From: Bdellovibrionales bacterium
GTDB lineage: Bacteria; Bdellovibrionota; Bdellovibrionia; Bdellovibrionales; UBA1609
Assembly (NCBI GenBank): GCA_965205645.1
Contig: OZ242172.1
Coordinates: forward strand, 576,122 to 640,121
Direction: 5' to 3'
Length of the DNA: 64,000 bases
The notes beneath the pieces are model-generated. The model had not been told where the DNA came from and did no database searches. It saw only the letters and a list, made by a program, of their open reading frames with translations. The position numbers and the translations under genes are program-made. Shown piece by piece: positions 1 through 9,580 of the stretch. Position 1 is the first letter of the stretch; every line of letters begins with the position of its first letter.

Positions 1-1369
1 ATTTTTTAGAATCTTGATAGGTATCTATATATTGATGTATTTTCTTTATCTCGTTTTGACAGTTAACGAATTGCTTTCTAGCATAAAATTGTTGTCCCAT
101 GTGATAGGCATTCTTCACGTATTCTTGTTGTTCTGATGTTAAACTATTTAATTCAACGTCCTGGACCATTTTATTTTTAACCATATTCTCTGATGGTTTT
201 TCATTTGGTAGTAAGAAAAAACCAATGACCGCTGCAATGGATCCATAAATAAATATTCTTTTTTTATACTTTGCTAGAAAAGATGATGGAGGAGGAGCAT
301 TTTCTTGTGGTGTTTCCATAATGGCACCCGGGATATGGGCTGGCAGTGGCTGAGGTACGTAATGGCCTGGTAGATTCGCATAAGGTTGTTGTGTATTCTG
401 TTGATGTGCCACTAGGGCTTTACTGGTCGGTAATTTCATATTGGCAACTTCTTTTGCTAATGCCAGATTCTTTACTTCAAATATTATTTCAGTATCTACG
501 ATGAAGATTCCATCACTACTTTGGATAGGATAATATTTACCGGATGTTAATTTCTTATCGTTCAGGATAATACCATTGGAGCTTTTTAAATCTTTAATAT
601 AGTAAAGCCCTTGTTTTTGTTTAATTTTAAAATGCTTGCGACTAATGTTAGGACTATCTATAATAACATCAGCAGTTTCGTCCCGACCAATCATCCACGT
701 AGACTGATTTTCCTCTAGTTTGAAAATATCCAATGGAGCTTCTTCTTCAATAGATATTTTTAAATACGCCGTTAATTGATCTTGACCCTTACTCATGTTC
801 ATAATTGTCGTTTGATCGCCAGGATTTACGCCAGAAATATTGGTATTGTTTGCTAGGACCAGGTTAGCTTCTGGTTCATTTAGTGGATCATCAACTAGAT
901 TATTATTGTCATTTGTTGGTGAATCTTTTTGCTGTGAAGTGACGACATCATCCGAATAAACAGGTATGTCTACCTGATTAGTTGATTCTGCGAATTCATT
1001 ACCTGCTAAGTTCATTTCTGCTGCATTTTTTTTAGAATCCATACTAGATGCAGAAGATTGTTTTTCTAAACTATGTACTTTAAACAGGCAGAATTCATAA
1101 TTTTGTACATAAAAAGGCTGACCAGAATCAATAATCCCTTCTGTTATTTCACTACCCTCTATAATTAAAGTACTGTTCTGGGATAAGTTAGTGATTTTCC
1201 ACTGTCCATCTTCTGTTCGTTGGAGCTGTAAATGTTTACGTGAGATACTATGCTCTGCTGGTAGCACGACATCACAATCTTGTGCGCGACCAATAAGAAA
1301 TTCACTTTTATCTTTCAGTATAATTTCTTGCTGTAGTTTTCCAGTTTTTTTTATGACTAATTTAAACAT
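1..1369 (-). CDS. Protein with two FHA modules (partial; C-terminal end runs off the window)
   Basis: Absent from the ORF track because the frame is open at the window edge. My minus-strand translation from the ATG at 1369-1367 gives MFKLVIKKTGKLQQEIILKDKSEFLIGRAQDCDVVLPAEHSISRKHLQLQR. A second in-frame FHA core reads WMIGRDETADVIIDSPNISRKHFKIKQKQGLYYIKDLKSSNGIILN. ATGA start/stop overlap with the upstream gene. Confidence 0.6.
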   Translation of the reverse strand, partial: MFKLVIKKTGKLQQEIILKDKSEFLIGRAQDCDVVLPAEHSISRKHLQLQRTEDGQWKITNLSQNSTLIIEGSEITEGIIDSGQPFYVQNYEFCLFKVHSLEKQSSASSMDSKKNAAEMNLAGNEFAESTNQVDIPVYSDDVVTSQQKDSPTNDNNNLVDDPLNEPEANLVLANNTNISGVNPGDQTTIMNMSKGQDQLTAYLKISIEEEAPLDIFKLEENQSTWMIGRDETADVIIDSPNISRKHFKIKQKQGLYYIKDLKSSNGIILNDKKLTSGKYYPIQSSDGIFIVDTEIIFEVKNLALAKEVANMKLPTSKALVAHQQNTQQPYANLPGHYVPQPLPAHIPGAIMETPQENAPPPSSFLAKYKKRIFIYGSIAAVIGFFLLPNEKPSENMVKNKMVQDVELNSLTSEQQEYVKNAYHMGQQFYARKQFVNCQNEIKKIHQYIDTYQDSKK

Positions 1370-2493
1370 CAATAACGGTCCTTATATTGTATTTGGCATA
1401 TTTTATAATTTTCCCAAGCTTCTTTATAAGTAATATTGGTGGTGTCTTGTATGGAATATACGACATTTTGAAAAGCCGCCATACAAGCATTAAACTCTCT
1501 TTTTTCTCTGTAATATTTGCCAGCAATCATCCACGATTGTATCAGTTGTTGTTGTTTGATTTGTGATTTTTGCAAATAGCTGGAACATAAATTATGTTTG
1601 GGGTAAAGTGTTTTACAAACACGAAAAGATTCAACCGCTCTGTCATATAATCCTTTTCTGTAATCTCTAATCCCTTTAGTATAAGCGAATTGAGCGTTTT
1701 TATAATTAGGTAAGCTATTGATTTGTCTTTTCGCTTGTTCCTTTTCTTTTAACTGAGATAATATTTTAACATCCCGTTCTTTATCTTGTCGTGTAATGAG
1801 TATATCTTTTTTCTCTTCGGCTGATTTGTTTTCAGAATCGCTAAGAAGTAACCAAGCGATGAATACAATCCCTAGTGCTAAAATAATTTTTGATTTCATC
1901 GTTCTTTTTTTACTTGTTTGACTATAGGCGTTTTGTTTTTGTCCTATTTCGCCTGGGAACGACATATGTGGTTGATACGGAGATATCCCACCGCTATTCG
2001 CTAAATCGTGAGGAGAGATTTCCTGTGAATTGTTTTTTTGTACATGTGCTGGTGTGAGATGAATGTTTTCATTTTTATTTTGGAGTGGAATAATTTCTTT
2101 TCCGGCTGGAGCAATGACAGGAATAGGTGGTGGTGCAGGGGCTGTTGTCATTGGTTTTTTGTATTCAAACTGTAGGGTAGAATTTCCACATTGAATCATA
2201 TCTCCATCTTTCAATTTGGAATGGATTTGATGGAAGTTATTGATTTTTAAGGAAGATCTACTACTGGTATCTTTAATAGAATAGCCATCTGGGCCAAAAG
2301 TAATAACGGCTTGTTTGCGAGAGCATTTGTCGTCATCTATTAGGCATATATCGCTTTCTGAGTTACGACCAATAGTGATTTTACCTGCTACTAATTTATA
2401 TACAGCTCCTTTATGAGGACCGTTGTTAATTTTAATACGTGCGGTTGCTAGTGGGATGTGAGCAGGTACTGGCATATTAGAAGAACGATTCAT
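1369..2493 (-). CDS. FHA-domain membrane protein with TPR-like C-terminal region
   Basis: Start preferred at the internal ATG (MNRSSNMPVP), just downstream of the upstream stop at 2498. FHA core ITIGRNSESDICLIDDDKCSRKQAVITF...IKDTSSRSSLKINN, Pro-rich linker, TM segment IILALGIVFIAWLLL, helical repeat-like tail. Confidence 0.6.
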   Translation of the reverse strand: MNRSSNMPVPAHIPLATARIKINNGPHKGAVYKLVAGKITIGRNSESDICLIDDDKCSRKQAVITFGPDGYSIKDTSSRSSLKINNFHQIHSKLKDGDMIQCGNSTLQFEYKKPMTTAPAPPPIPVIAPAGKEIIPLQNKNENIHLTPAHVQKNNSQEISPHDLANSGGISPYQPHMSFPGEIGQKQNAYSQTSKKRTMKSKIILALGIVFIAWLLLSDSENKSAEEKKDILITRQDKERDVKILSQLKEKEQAKRQINSLPNYKNAQFAYTKGIRDYRKGLYDRAVESFRVCKTLYPKHNLCSSYLQKSQIKQQQLIQSWMIAGKYYREKREFNACMAAFQNVVYSIQDTTNITYKEAWENYKICQIQYKDRY

Positions 2494-2497
2494 TTTA

Positions 2498-4144
2498 CTA
2501 TGCCTCTTCTTGTTGTGCTTGGTTAACTGGTATAAAGGAAACCAATGCATAAGACAGGTGATCTTTGCCATAAACACCTTTAGCGGAAAGTTGAAATTCC
2601 ACTCCGCTGAACTCTAAATTATCTGTAGCGATTTCATTTGGATGTTGTGAGATTTTTTCTAATAGTCCGGTGATGTTGAGTTTTAAAGCTTGATCATCAA
2701 TGTCTTCTATTGCACTATTTAAAATTCTTTCAGAACTAATACCGGTTTCTTCTTCAAAATGTGCACTCACTCCATCTATTTTATTTGTATCTAAATTAAT
2801 ACCTAATGTTGGGTATCCAATCATTTCAATCAGGTGGTTCATTTCATTTTGTCGATCGTATTCAATGATGGATTGGTTACTATCCTGAACAGCGGAGATT
2901 CGTGACAAAGCAGAATTAATATTACTAGCTAAATTTTGTAGAGGAGTAAACTGATAGTCTGTTTTTACATCTAATGTGTCATCTTTAAGGGCAGAATCTA
3001 GTTGCTGGTTAATATCCAAAACAGGATATTCAATCATTTTGTATAAAAAGAAAAATAGTAAAACACCTAAAACCGTGGCGATAAAACAAGTTTGCACTAA
3101 CAGACTGAGAACTCTTTTATTGCCATATGCTAGTGCTCCGATGTTGTAAATGACGGCAGCGTAGGCAGCCGCTCTATGTGTATTGGTTTGACTGTTAAAA
3201 AATTGAATAGGTACCATAGCTGCTACGGTATTAGAATCCAGTTTTTTAACAGAGATGGCGTCTTTTTTACGTGCTTCGTTAATGAAAGGTAATTTGGAAT
3301 AAGTGTGTGCTTGTTCAGAAGGGGCTAAGATACGTCCATCCGCGGCGTTAATAATAAATGCTTTAGTCACGCCTGGTCTTCTGAGTGCGTATTCTACACT
3401 GGCAGAAGAGTGGATTTTATTTTTTATGGATTCTCGGTTTTCCTGAGCGAGTATTGTGGCAATCGTCTCTGCGTGGTTCATGCTTTCTTGTTCTACACTG
3501 GAATTTAAAATACGAATCAGTGGTACAGAAGATAAAGCCGTCATCACAACAACAAAGAATACCAAGAATCCGGCAATGACTAATTTTAATTCCAGCCAAG
3601 TAGGAAGTTTGTACACACCGGGTAATACCACTTTATCCATATAATTTTTAAACCAGTTTTTTAAAGTAAGTTTAAGTGCTGGTTCTGCGGGTGAGTGACT
3701 CGCTCCAGTGACAGGAGGGTATCCGTAGGGTGGAAGATGAGGTTGTTGCGGAGTTGGTATTCCTCCGACAGCACCAGTAGCTATTGGGAAAGTGGGTTGA
3801 CCTGGTTGAGGGGCAAGTGATTGTTCTGTAGATGATGATTGTAGACTCAGATTACCAGAATGGCGGATAATATCAAAAGTGCATTGATAAAGGGATATTT
3901 TATCTTGTGGTTTGATTTTACTTTCTCGTACTTTAACTCCGTTAACAAAAGTACCGTTACTGGAATTTAAGTCTTCAATAAAAATCTCATCTTTGGACAC
4001 TTCCATTTGTAGATGTTTTTTTGAAACACCTTGTTCCTGGATAGTAATTTGGCATTCTTCAGCTCGGCCAAGCGTGTATTGACCTTCCTGCAGATGCATT
4101 TCTTGTCCAGCCAGTTTGCCGTTTAAAAATCTAATCGTCCACAT
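2498..4144 (-). CDS. FHA-domain protein with two TM helices and a periplasmic/linker domain
   Basis: N-terminal FHA core YTLGRAEECQITIQEQGVSKKHLQMEV...IEDLNSSNGTFVNG, Pro-rich linker, TM helices LVIAGFLVFFVVVMTALSSV and CFIATVLGVLLFFFLY. Overlaps the upstream gene by 14 nt. Confidence 0.6.
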   Translation of the reverse strand: MWTIRFLNGKLAGQEMHLQEGQYTLGRAEECQITIQEQGVSKKHLQMEVSKDEIFIEDLNSSNGTFVNGVKVRESKIKPQDKISLYQCTFDIIRHSGNLSLQSSSTEQSLAPQPGQPTFPIATGAVGGIPTPQQPHLPPYGYPPVTGASHSPAEPALKLTLKNWFKNYMDKVVLPGVYKLPTWLELKLVIAGFLVFFVVVMTALSSVPLIRILNSSVEQESMNHAETIATILAQENRESIKNKIHSSASVEYALRRPGVTKAFIINAADGRILAPSEQAHTYSKLPFINEARKKDAISVKKLDSNTVAAMVPIQFFNSQTNTHRAAAYAAVIYNIGALAYGNKRVLSLLVQTCFIATVLGVLLFFFLYKMIEYPVLDINQQLDSALKDDTLDVKTDYQFTPLQNLASNINSALSRISAVQDSNQSIIEYDRQNEMNHLIEMIGYPTLGINLDTNKIDGVSAHFEEETGISSERILNSAIEDIDDQALKLNITGLLEKISQHPNEIATDNLEFSGVEFQLSAKGVYGKDHLSYALVSFIPVNQAQQEEA

Positions 4145-4487
4145 AGAGTTGATCTCCTGGCTGTAACGGATGGTGTTTTAAACTGGATGCTTTAAATTCA
4201 AATACGGAATGCGTGTTAGAAAACAAAGGAGGATAGATGAGTTTCATTGCTGTGATTTGTTGAAGAACACGAGTAATTTTTAAAGCATGTGTGACAAAGA
4301 TCACGTCAATGGGAAATTTCATAAAGAAAGTGTGGATGCCTCCTCTGCATGGAATAATCCAAAGTGTATGAAATAAAGGAAAGTCTGTTTTTCCCAACAG
4401 ACCTTTTATACGTGCAGGTAGGCGACTAGCTGTTACAATTTTTTCAGCTAAAGTTTTCCCAGTTTTTTTATGGATAAGTTTTGACAT
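4131..4487 (-). CDS. DUF192-family small protein
   Basis: Pattern RIKGLLGKTDFP...GGIHTFFMKFPIDVIFV...VFEFKASSL...GDQL matches the usual DUF192 (COG1430) layout. Translationally coupled to the flanking genes. Confidence 0.55.
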   Translation of the reverse strand: MSKLIHKKTGKTLAEKIVTASRLPARIKGLLGKTDFPLFHTLWIIPCRGGIHTFFMKFPIDVIFVTHALKITRVLQQITAMKLIYPPLFSNTHSVFEFKASSLKHHPLQPGDQLYVDD

Positions 4488-5410
4488 TATCCTCCTCCAT
4501 AGAAGAATTGAAGGCTGATAGGTGCTAGAACAGCAATAAACACAGCGGGTAGAATGAATATAATCATGGGTAATAGCATTTTTTGTGAAGCTTTAGCGCC
4601 TTGTTCTTCTGCGCGAGTGAATCGTTCATGTCGCATTTGTTCTGATTTTGCTTTAAGAGTTTTGGAGATACTGGCTCCTGTTTCTTCAGAGTCAATAATT
4701 GTCATACAGAAACTGGAGACTTCATCTATATCTAATCGTTTAGCCATATTAGCAAGGGCATCTTTGCGGGAGCTACCTAGTTTAATATCTTTTTGTATCG
4801 TTAGAAATTCAGTCGCGAGAGCAGAGTCAGTGGCTTTTTCCGTAATTCTTTGAATAGAACCAAAAAAGTCCAAACCGGCTTCGGCACTCAGAGCTAGTAA
4901 ATCAATAAAAAAAGGTAAATCTCTAAGGACTTCACTATCTCTTTGTTTTTTTCGACTGGTACAGTACCAGTGTGGAAAATAAAATCCCACTGCACTAACT
5001 ACTATTGCTGCCCATAAAGGAAAGTTGAATTGCAAAGCGAAATTAATAATTAGAAATAAAATAGGGAAAAGCAGTCCCCACAGCAATTGCAGGCCAATAA
5101 ACTCATCGGTATTGATTTCTTTGCTTAGTCCAGCAGTAAGGATTTTATGTTCCACTGATTCACGGTACTTAGCGGACTTAATTCTTTTTACATGTTGTAA
5201 AGTTAAGTTGTGGACTAAAGGCCGGGATAGTTGAATTAATGGCATTTTAGAGGGGCTAGGTTCTTGGCCTTCTGCCCATGCAAGGGATTCTGAGTCAGTG
5301 TTTTTAGTAAACATCACTGTGCAGAACAGGTAAATAGATGTAGCTCCCAAGGCTAGACCGGAAAATAAAAAAATATAATCAAATGGCATATTATTCCTTT
5401 GTGGATTCAT
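4487..5410 (-). CDS. tadC: Type II secretion system F-family / TadC-like pilus assembly membrane protein
   Basis: N-terminal TM, central TM pair, T2SSF-type cytoplasmic domain (DLPFFIDLLALSAEAGLDFFGSIQRI...IQKDIKLGSSRKDALANMAKR) and C-terminal TM. Confidence 0.7.
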   Translation of the reverse strand: MNPQRNNMPFDYIFLFSGLALGATSIYLFCTVMFTKNTDSESLAWAEGQEPSPSKMPLIQLSRPLVHNLTLQHVKRIKSAKYRESVEHKILTAGLSKEINTDEFIGLQLLWGLLFPILFLIINFALQFNFPLWAAIVVSAVGFYFPHWYCTSRKKQRDSEVLRDLPFFIDLLALSAEAGLDFFGSIQRITEKATDSALATEFLTIQKDIKLGSSRKDALANMAKRLDIDEVSSFCMTIIDSEETGASISKTLKAKSEQMRHERFTRAEEQGAKASQKMLLPMIIFILPAVFIAVLAPISLQFFYGGG

Positions 5411-5602
5411 TCAATTGACTATAAAAAGATCGGAAATTAGACTGTTAAACATAAAAAAAACTGCACTTATGCCTTTAAATTTCCCTTTTAATTTTTCCCC
5501 TATCGTGTACAAGGCGGATAGTTTGCGAACTGCCAGACAGTGTTTAAGTACGCATTACAAGGGGGGGAGATATAAAATACCCTAAAGAATAGGGCTTCTC
5601 TA

Positions 5603-6496
5603 ATGGGTTATTGGGAGGAATATCTAATGAAATCAAATCAAAAGCCACTATTTGAGAAAGTATTTTCCAAATTAACTTATGGCTTTCTAGGTGCGGGTTC
5701 TTTGTGCCAAGCTTTGTTAGAAGGGTTTTTGAGACAGGCAAATGTGCCTCCGGGAAATATCTTTTTAAGTTCACGTTCGGAGAAACGTTTATGTAAAGTT
5801 GCTGAGCGTTTTGGTGTGCAAAAAGTAGCTGAAAACGAAGAACTTTTGCAAAAAGCGCACGTGATTTTTTTATGTGTTAAGCCACAGGATATTACTATTG
5901 CGATGGAATCTTTGGCCGGTCGTTTTAGTCGTGAACAAACAGTTATTAGTTTTGCAGCTGGTGTTTCTTTAGCTAGGTTAACGGAATTAGTATCTTGTGA
6001 TTGCCGGTTAGTACGTGTGATGCCAAGCATGCCGGCGAGTATTGGACAAGGGTTATTTGGATATAGTGTATTGGGTAAGGATAGCAGTTTAAATTTTTTT
6101 ATAGAGGAATTATTTGCTCCTTTAGGTCTTGTCTTACCAGTGAGGGAACAGGATATGGGAGTATTGACAGTAGCAGGAGCTAGCGGAGTGGGTTTTGTTC
6201 TGGAACTTATGCAATATTGGAGTGAATGGTTAGAGAGTTATCAGTTATCTGAAGAAGTTGCGCGCCGAATCACAATACAAACTTTTGCAGGAACCGCTCT
6301 ATGGGCAAAGGCTTTTCCAAGTATATCTTTATCAGAGCTTCAGCGCCGTGTGGCATCTAAAAAAGGAGTAACTGCTGCAGGTTTAAAAGCTTTTGTTGAT
6401 TCTGAATTGGATACTATTTTACGTATGGGGTTTGAAAAATCCGTTTTATGTGAACAAAAATTATATGCATCAGCAAAACTTTCCAGTAAAAACTAA
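5603..6496 (+). CDS. proC: Pyrroline-5-carboxylate reductase
   Basis: NADP-binding GFLGAGSLCQAL, VRVMPSMPASIGQG and SKKGVTAAGL motifs typical of ProC. The true start may be the internal ATG at 5627. Confidence 0.85.
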   Translation: MGYWEEYLMKSNQKPLFEKVFSKLTYGFLGAGSLCQALLEGFLRQANVPPGNIFLSSRSEKRLCKVAERFGVQKVAENEELLQKAHVIFLCVKPQDITIAMESLAGRFSREQTVISFAAGVSLARLTELVSCDCRLVRVMPSMPASIGQGLFGYSVLGKDSSLNFFIEELFAPLGLVLPVREQDMGVLTVAGASGVGFVLELMQYWSEWLESYQLSEEVARRITIQTFAGTALWAKAFPSISLSELQRRVASKKGVTAAGLKAFVDSELDTILRMGFEKSVLCEQKLYASAKLSSKN

Positions 6497-6709
6497 CGCA
6501 TAGAATAAGTATTGGATTTATAATGTCTTTTTTTGTTATCCTACTTTCTAAGCAGGAAGCTGATAGCTTTTGTAACTGTTCGATAAAAGCTTTAGGACAA
6601 GGATGTTCTTTATTTTTTTTTATCGGACAGGGCTTGTTGTTTCTGAATGTCTCTGATATAGGATGTGCTAGGCTTTAGGACTTTAGGCTATATAACAAAG
6701 GCACAAGCT

Positions 6710-7372
6710 ATGGCATTTCATCCAGATGATATTTTAACAAAAGTTTTTACTCGCAAGGTTGTCGGTGGATTCAATCCATCAGAAGTCACTCATTTTTTAA
6801 AATCTATTGCAGAAGATGTAGACCAGCGGAATAAAGATAAACAAGCTTTAAGAGATAAGTTAAGTGAGATGGAGGTATTTGTTCGGGAGTATCGTGATCG
6901 GGAGGAGCTATTAAAGAGTACGATTTTATCTGTGCAGAAGATGGCGGATAAAATTAAGCAGGACGCAGAAAAAGAAGCGAGATTTATATTGGAGGATGCT
7001 CACCAAAAAGCGGATTTATTAATTGCGGATGCACGGGACTCGCTAAAGACGGCGTATCAGGATTTATCGGATTTACGTAGGATGCACATTCAGTTAAAAA
7101 ATGCGTTAAAGGCAGTATTACAGTCGCATCAGGATTTATTGGAGCAGGATCCGTTTCATTCTATTTTACCAACCTCATTAAGTGGTCAGAGGGCGGATAT
7201 ACCTCTGATGGAAAAAAAAATGATGGAATCTCTAGGTCAGGCGGCACAGATGTCTACACAAGCATTTAGTAAACATGGTGTGAAGAATGATAATGTTGGT
7301 ACAGTTGACTCGCAGCAAAATATTTCCTCCAAATCGAAGGCACAGCAAAAGCACTCTTCTTTGGAAATTTAA
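6710..7372 (+). CDS. divIVA: DivIVA-domain cell-division/polarity protein
   Basis: MAFHPDDILTKVFTRKVVGGFNPSEVTHFLKSIAEDV is the canonical DivIVA N-terminus, followed by coiled-coil sequence. Start moved to the internal ATG of ORF 6665..7372. Confidence 0.8.
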   Translation: MAFHPDDILTKVFTRKVVGGFNPSEVTHFLKSIAEDVDQRNKDKQALRDKLSEMEVFVREYRDREELLKSTILSVQKMADKIKQDAEKEARFILEDAHQKADLLIADARDSLKTAYQDLSDLRRMHIQLKNALKAVLQSHQDLLEQDPFHSILPTSLSGQRADIPLMEKKMMESLGQAAQMSTQAFSKHGVKNDNVGTVDSQQNISSKSKAQQKHSSLEI

Positions 7373-7410
7373 GTTGACGCATAGTGATTTATCATTTGTG
7401 AGATAGTAAT

Positions 7411-8169
7411 ATGAAAATATTAATTGGTAAGCATAATTTGCGACTTAGTAAAATTATTTTTTTATTAGGTATTTTATGGGGTTGTTCATCTCCGCAATCT
7501 TCTGTTGCGCCGGAAGAGACAGAGCAAGAAGATTCTGGTGTGTTTGGAGTTCAGACGATATGTCATCGGGATGAAGGTTGCACAGCTTCTTGTCACGAAT
7601 TATTTGTCGGAGATTCGGATCATGCAAACAAATGTATGGATCAGACGGTAGGGGATGTGAGGGCATTAAAAGTAGTATTGGCAGCGATGGAAAAAGGTTC
7701 TTGGTCTTCTATTAAACCGGATCAATTAGAGAGGGCTTTGAATTTTGATTCAGATCTTTGGCTTCCTTATGTGGACATTAACAAACCATGGAGCAGGGCT
7801 TTTTTAAAGCGGGTGGCGGAAGAACCTAAGATAGCGGAGTTACTAGACGATAATGAGGTTTTGCGGCGAGCTTTTATGTCTTTGGTGTTATTAGGTTCTC
7901 AGGACGATCAGATTTTAGGTGGAATGCGGGAATATGTGGATACAGATGAGAATCAGACTTTTCTTGGAGTGGCGGCATTAAATAAAAACGATAAAGCATT
8001 TGAAGAGGGGCATCGTTTGTTATCTGATGTTTGTCAGAAGAGGCAGTTATGCATTCAACGTGTGTATTGTGCCATTTACGAAGATATTGTGTTTACACGT
8101 TTGAACGATTTAAGTTTATCAGATGAAGTCACAGATAGTGGTCGTGTCTCAGTTGCTATTTGCAATTAA
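7411..8169 (+). CDS. Cys-rich secreted lipoprotein, paralog family member 1 of 8 (short form)
   Basis: Lipobox-like LLGILWG|C. CHRDEGCTASCHELF (C-x5-C-x3-C) motif and C-terminal CQKRQLCIQRVYC motif, both shared with the other members. Confidence 0.6.
   Translation: MKILIGKHNLRLSKIIFLLGILWGCSSPQSSVAPEETEQEDSGVFGVQTICHRDEGCTASCHELFVGDSDHANKCMDQTVGDVRALKVVLAAMEKGSWSSIKPDQLERALNFDSDLWLPYVDINKPWSRAFLKRVAEEPKIAELLDDNEVLRRAFMSLVLLGSQDDQILGGMREYVDTDENQTFLGVAALNKNDKAFEEGHRLLSDVCQKRQLCIQRVYCAIYEDIVFTRLNDLSLSDEVTDSGRVSVAICN
8147..8169 (+). repeat. Left copy of the 23-bp direct repeat bracketing the inserted cassette (also the 3' end of family member 1)
   Basis: tctcagttgctatttgcaattaa versus tctcagtcgctatttgcaattaa at 9553-9575 (one mismatch). 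Confidence 0.85.
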
Positions 8170-8368
8170 TGGGGACAAATTTCTAAAAAAATTAAACACA
8201 ACCAAAAATAGTGGTAAGTTGCTTGAGATAATAAGTTTTTATATTATAATTTTGCTATGGAAATCTGCAAGCAGTCATAGAATTACTGCTAAAGATGTTG
8301 CTTTTCTTTAAGTTTGTGCTTGAATGAATTTAAATTCATGACGATAATAAAAGAAGGAGTTTATTACT

Positions 8369-8578
8369 ATGAATCGTCTAAAAGAATTTCAAACATCCGA
8401 TTTGAAATATATATCAAAAAAGAGAAGAGAAGAGATTGAACAGGTGTTTAATACTTTAGGCTTGATGAATCAGAGCAATTTACCAAATTATTCTTATCCA
8501 TCTGATGGCTATAATATGCCATTTAAACAGTTTTCTGTATTAGAGAATAAAAAGATCATTTTCAGTAGTTCCAGTTAG
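8369..8578 (+). CDS. Small hypothetical protein (first gene of the inserted cassette)
   Basis: 69-aa ORF preceded by aaggag about 9 nt upstream. Its stop lies 3 nt before the start of the protease gene. No motif recognised. Confidence 0.4.
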   Translation: MNRLKEFQTSDLKYISKKRREEIEQVFNTLGLMNQSNLPNYSYPSDGYNMPFKQFSVLENKKIIFSSSS

Positions 8579-8581
8579 ATT

Positions 8582-9490
8582 ATGCCCAGTTGGAATGACA
8601 TTTTAAAAGAAATACAAAAAGAAATACAAAAAGATTCTGACAAAAATCCTTTTCATACTGTCAGACAAAAATATATTGATAAGCTTTTTAAAAAACGTCA
8701 GAGAAATGTTATTACTTACTATTCTGGCTGGCTTCAAAAATCTAATATAAAAGGTATTGAAATAAACGATAATGATAAAAATGCTTTTATGGCAGTTATT
8801 TATCAATTAGATCGATCGAAAGGATTAGATTTAATACTTCATACTCCTGGCGGTGAAGTAGCTGCAACAGAATCCTTAATTGATTATTTGAGAGAAATGT
8901 TTGATTTAAACATTGAAGTGTTTGTTCCTCAGATTGCTATGTCAGCGGGAACAGTGGTTGCTTGTGCTTCCAAACTGATACATATGGGAAAACAATCTAA
9001 TTTAGGTCCCATTGACCCTCAAATTGGAGGGCTGCCAGCTAGTGCTATATTGGATGAATTTGAAAAAGCGGCGCGAGAGATTAAAGAGCAACCAGAAAAA
9101 ATTCCATTATGGCAAGTTATTGTCAGTAAATATCATCCCAGTCTTATATTATCTTGTGAAAACGCCATTGAATGGTCGAAGGAAATAGCAAAGAAATACT
9201 TAGAGACAGGGATGTTTTCTAAGGATGCAGATATAGATATTTCTAAAATAGTGAATCATCTTTCGGATCACAAAAAAATGAAAACTCATTTTAGACATAT
9301 TGGCCTTAAGGAAGCTCAAAAGATTGGCTTAAAGATTACTCCTCTTGAAGAAGATAATGAACTTCAAGATATAGTTTTAACAATTCATCATTCCTATATG
9401 CATACATTGAATAGCACTCCTGCCATTAAAATTGTAGAAAATCATATTGGAGTTGGCCAGCTCCAGAGTTTACCAGTAGCTTCTAAATAA
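8582..9490 (+). CDS. SDH-family (Clp/SppA-fold) serine protease
   Basis: LDLILHTPGGEVAATESL and IAMSAGTVVACASKLIHMGKQSNLGPIDPQIGG match the PF01972 serine dehydrogenase proteinase / ClpP-fold signature, with the Ser in MSAG. Confidence 0.75.
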   Translation: MPSWNDILKEIQKEIQKDSDKNPFHTVRQKYIDKLFKKRQRNVITYYSGWLQKSNIKGIEINDNDKNAFMAVIYQLDRSKGLDLILHTPGGEVAATESLIDYLREMFDLNIEVFVPQIAMSAGTVVACASKLIHMGKQSNLGPIDPQIGGLPASAILDEFEKAAREIKEQPEKIPLWQVIVSKYHPSLILSCENAIEWSKEIAKKYLETGMFSKDADIDISKIVNHLSDHKKMKTHFRHIGLKEAQKIGLKITPLEEDNELQDIVLTIHHSYMHTLNSTPAIKIVENHIGVGQLQSLPVASK

Positions 9491-9510
9491 AATTGAAATC
9501 TTCTCCAGAT

Positions 9511-9543
9511 GCGGGAGTGGTGAAGTCACACCCCTTTGGGAGG
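9511..9543 (+). repeat. A-repeat, partial (head end only)
   Basis: gcgggagtggtgaagtcacacccctttgggagg corresponds to the CGCGGCGAAGTCAC-C5TTG5 end of the family. Confidence 0.6.
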
Positions 9544-9552
9544 CGAGTTATA

Positions 9553-9575
9553 TCTCAGTCGCTATTTGCAATTAA
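9553..9575 (+). repeat. Right copy of the 23-bp direct repeat bracketing the inserted cassette
   Basis: tctcagtcgctatttgcaattaa. It could also encode VAICN-stop like the left copy. Confidence 0.85.
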
Positions 9576-9580
9576 CGTAG

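Noticed and set aside
3385-3644. Several 60-64-aa ORFs on both strands inside the FHA-TM gene. Similar short antisense ORFs are listed in the track throughout the window (for example 5677..6030, 18173..18508, 19248..19559, 44465..44890).
   Set aside because: Each is nested in or antisense to a longer ORF with clear homology motifs, and none has independent support.
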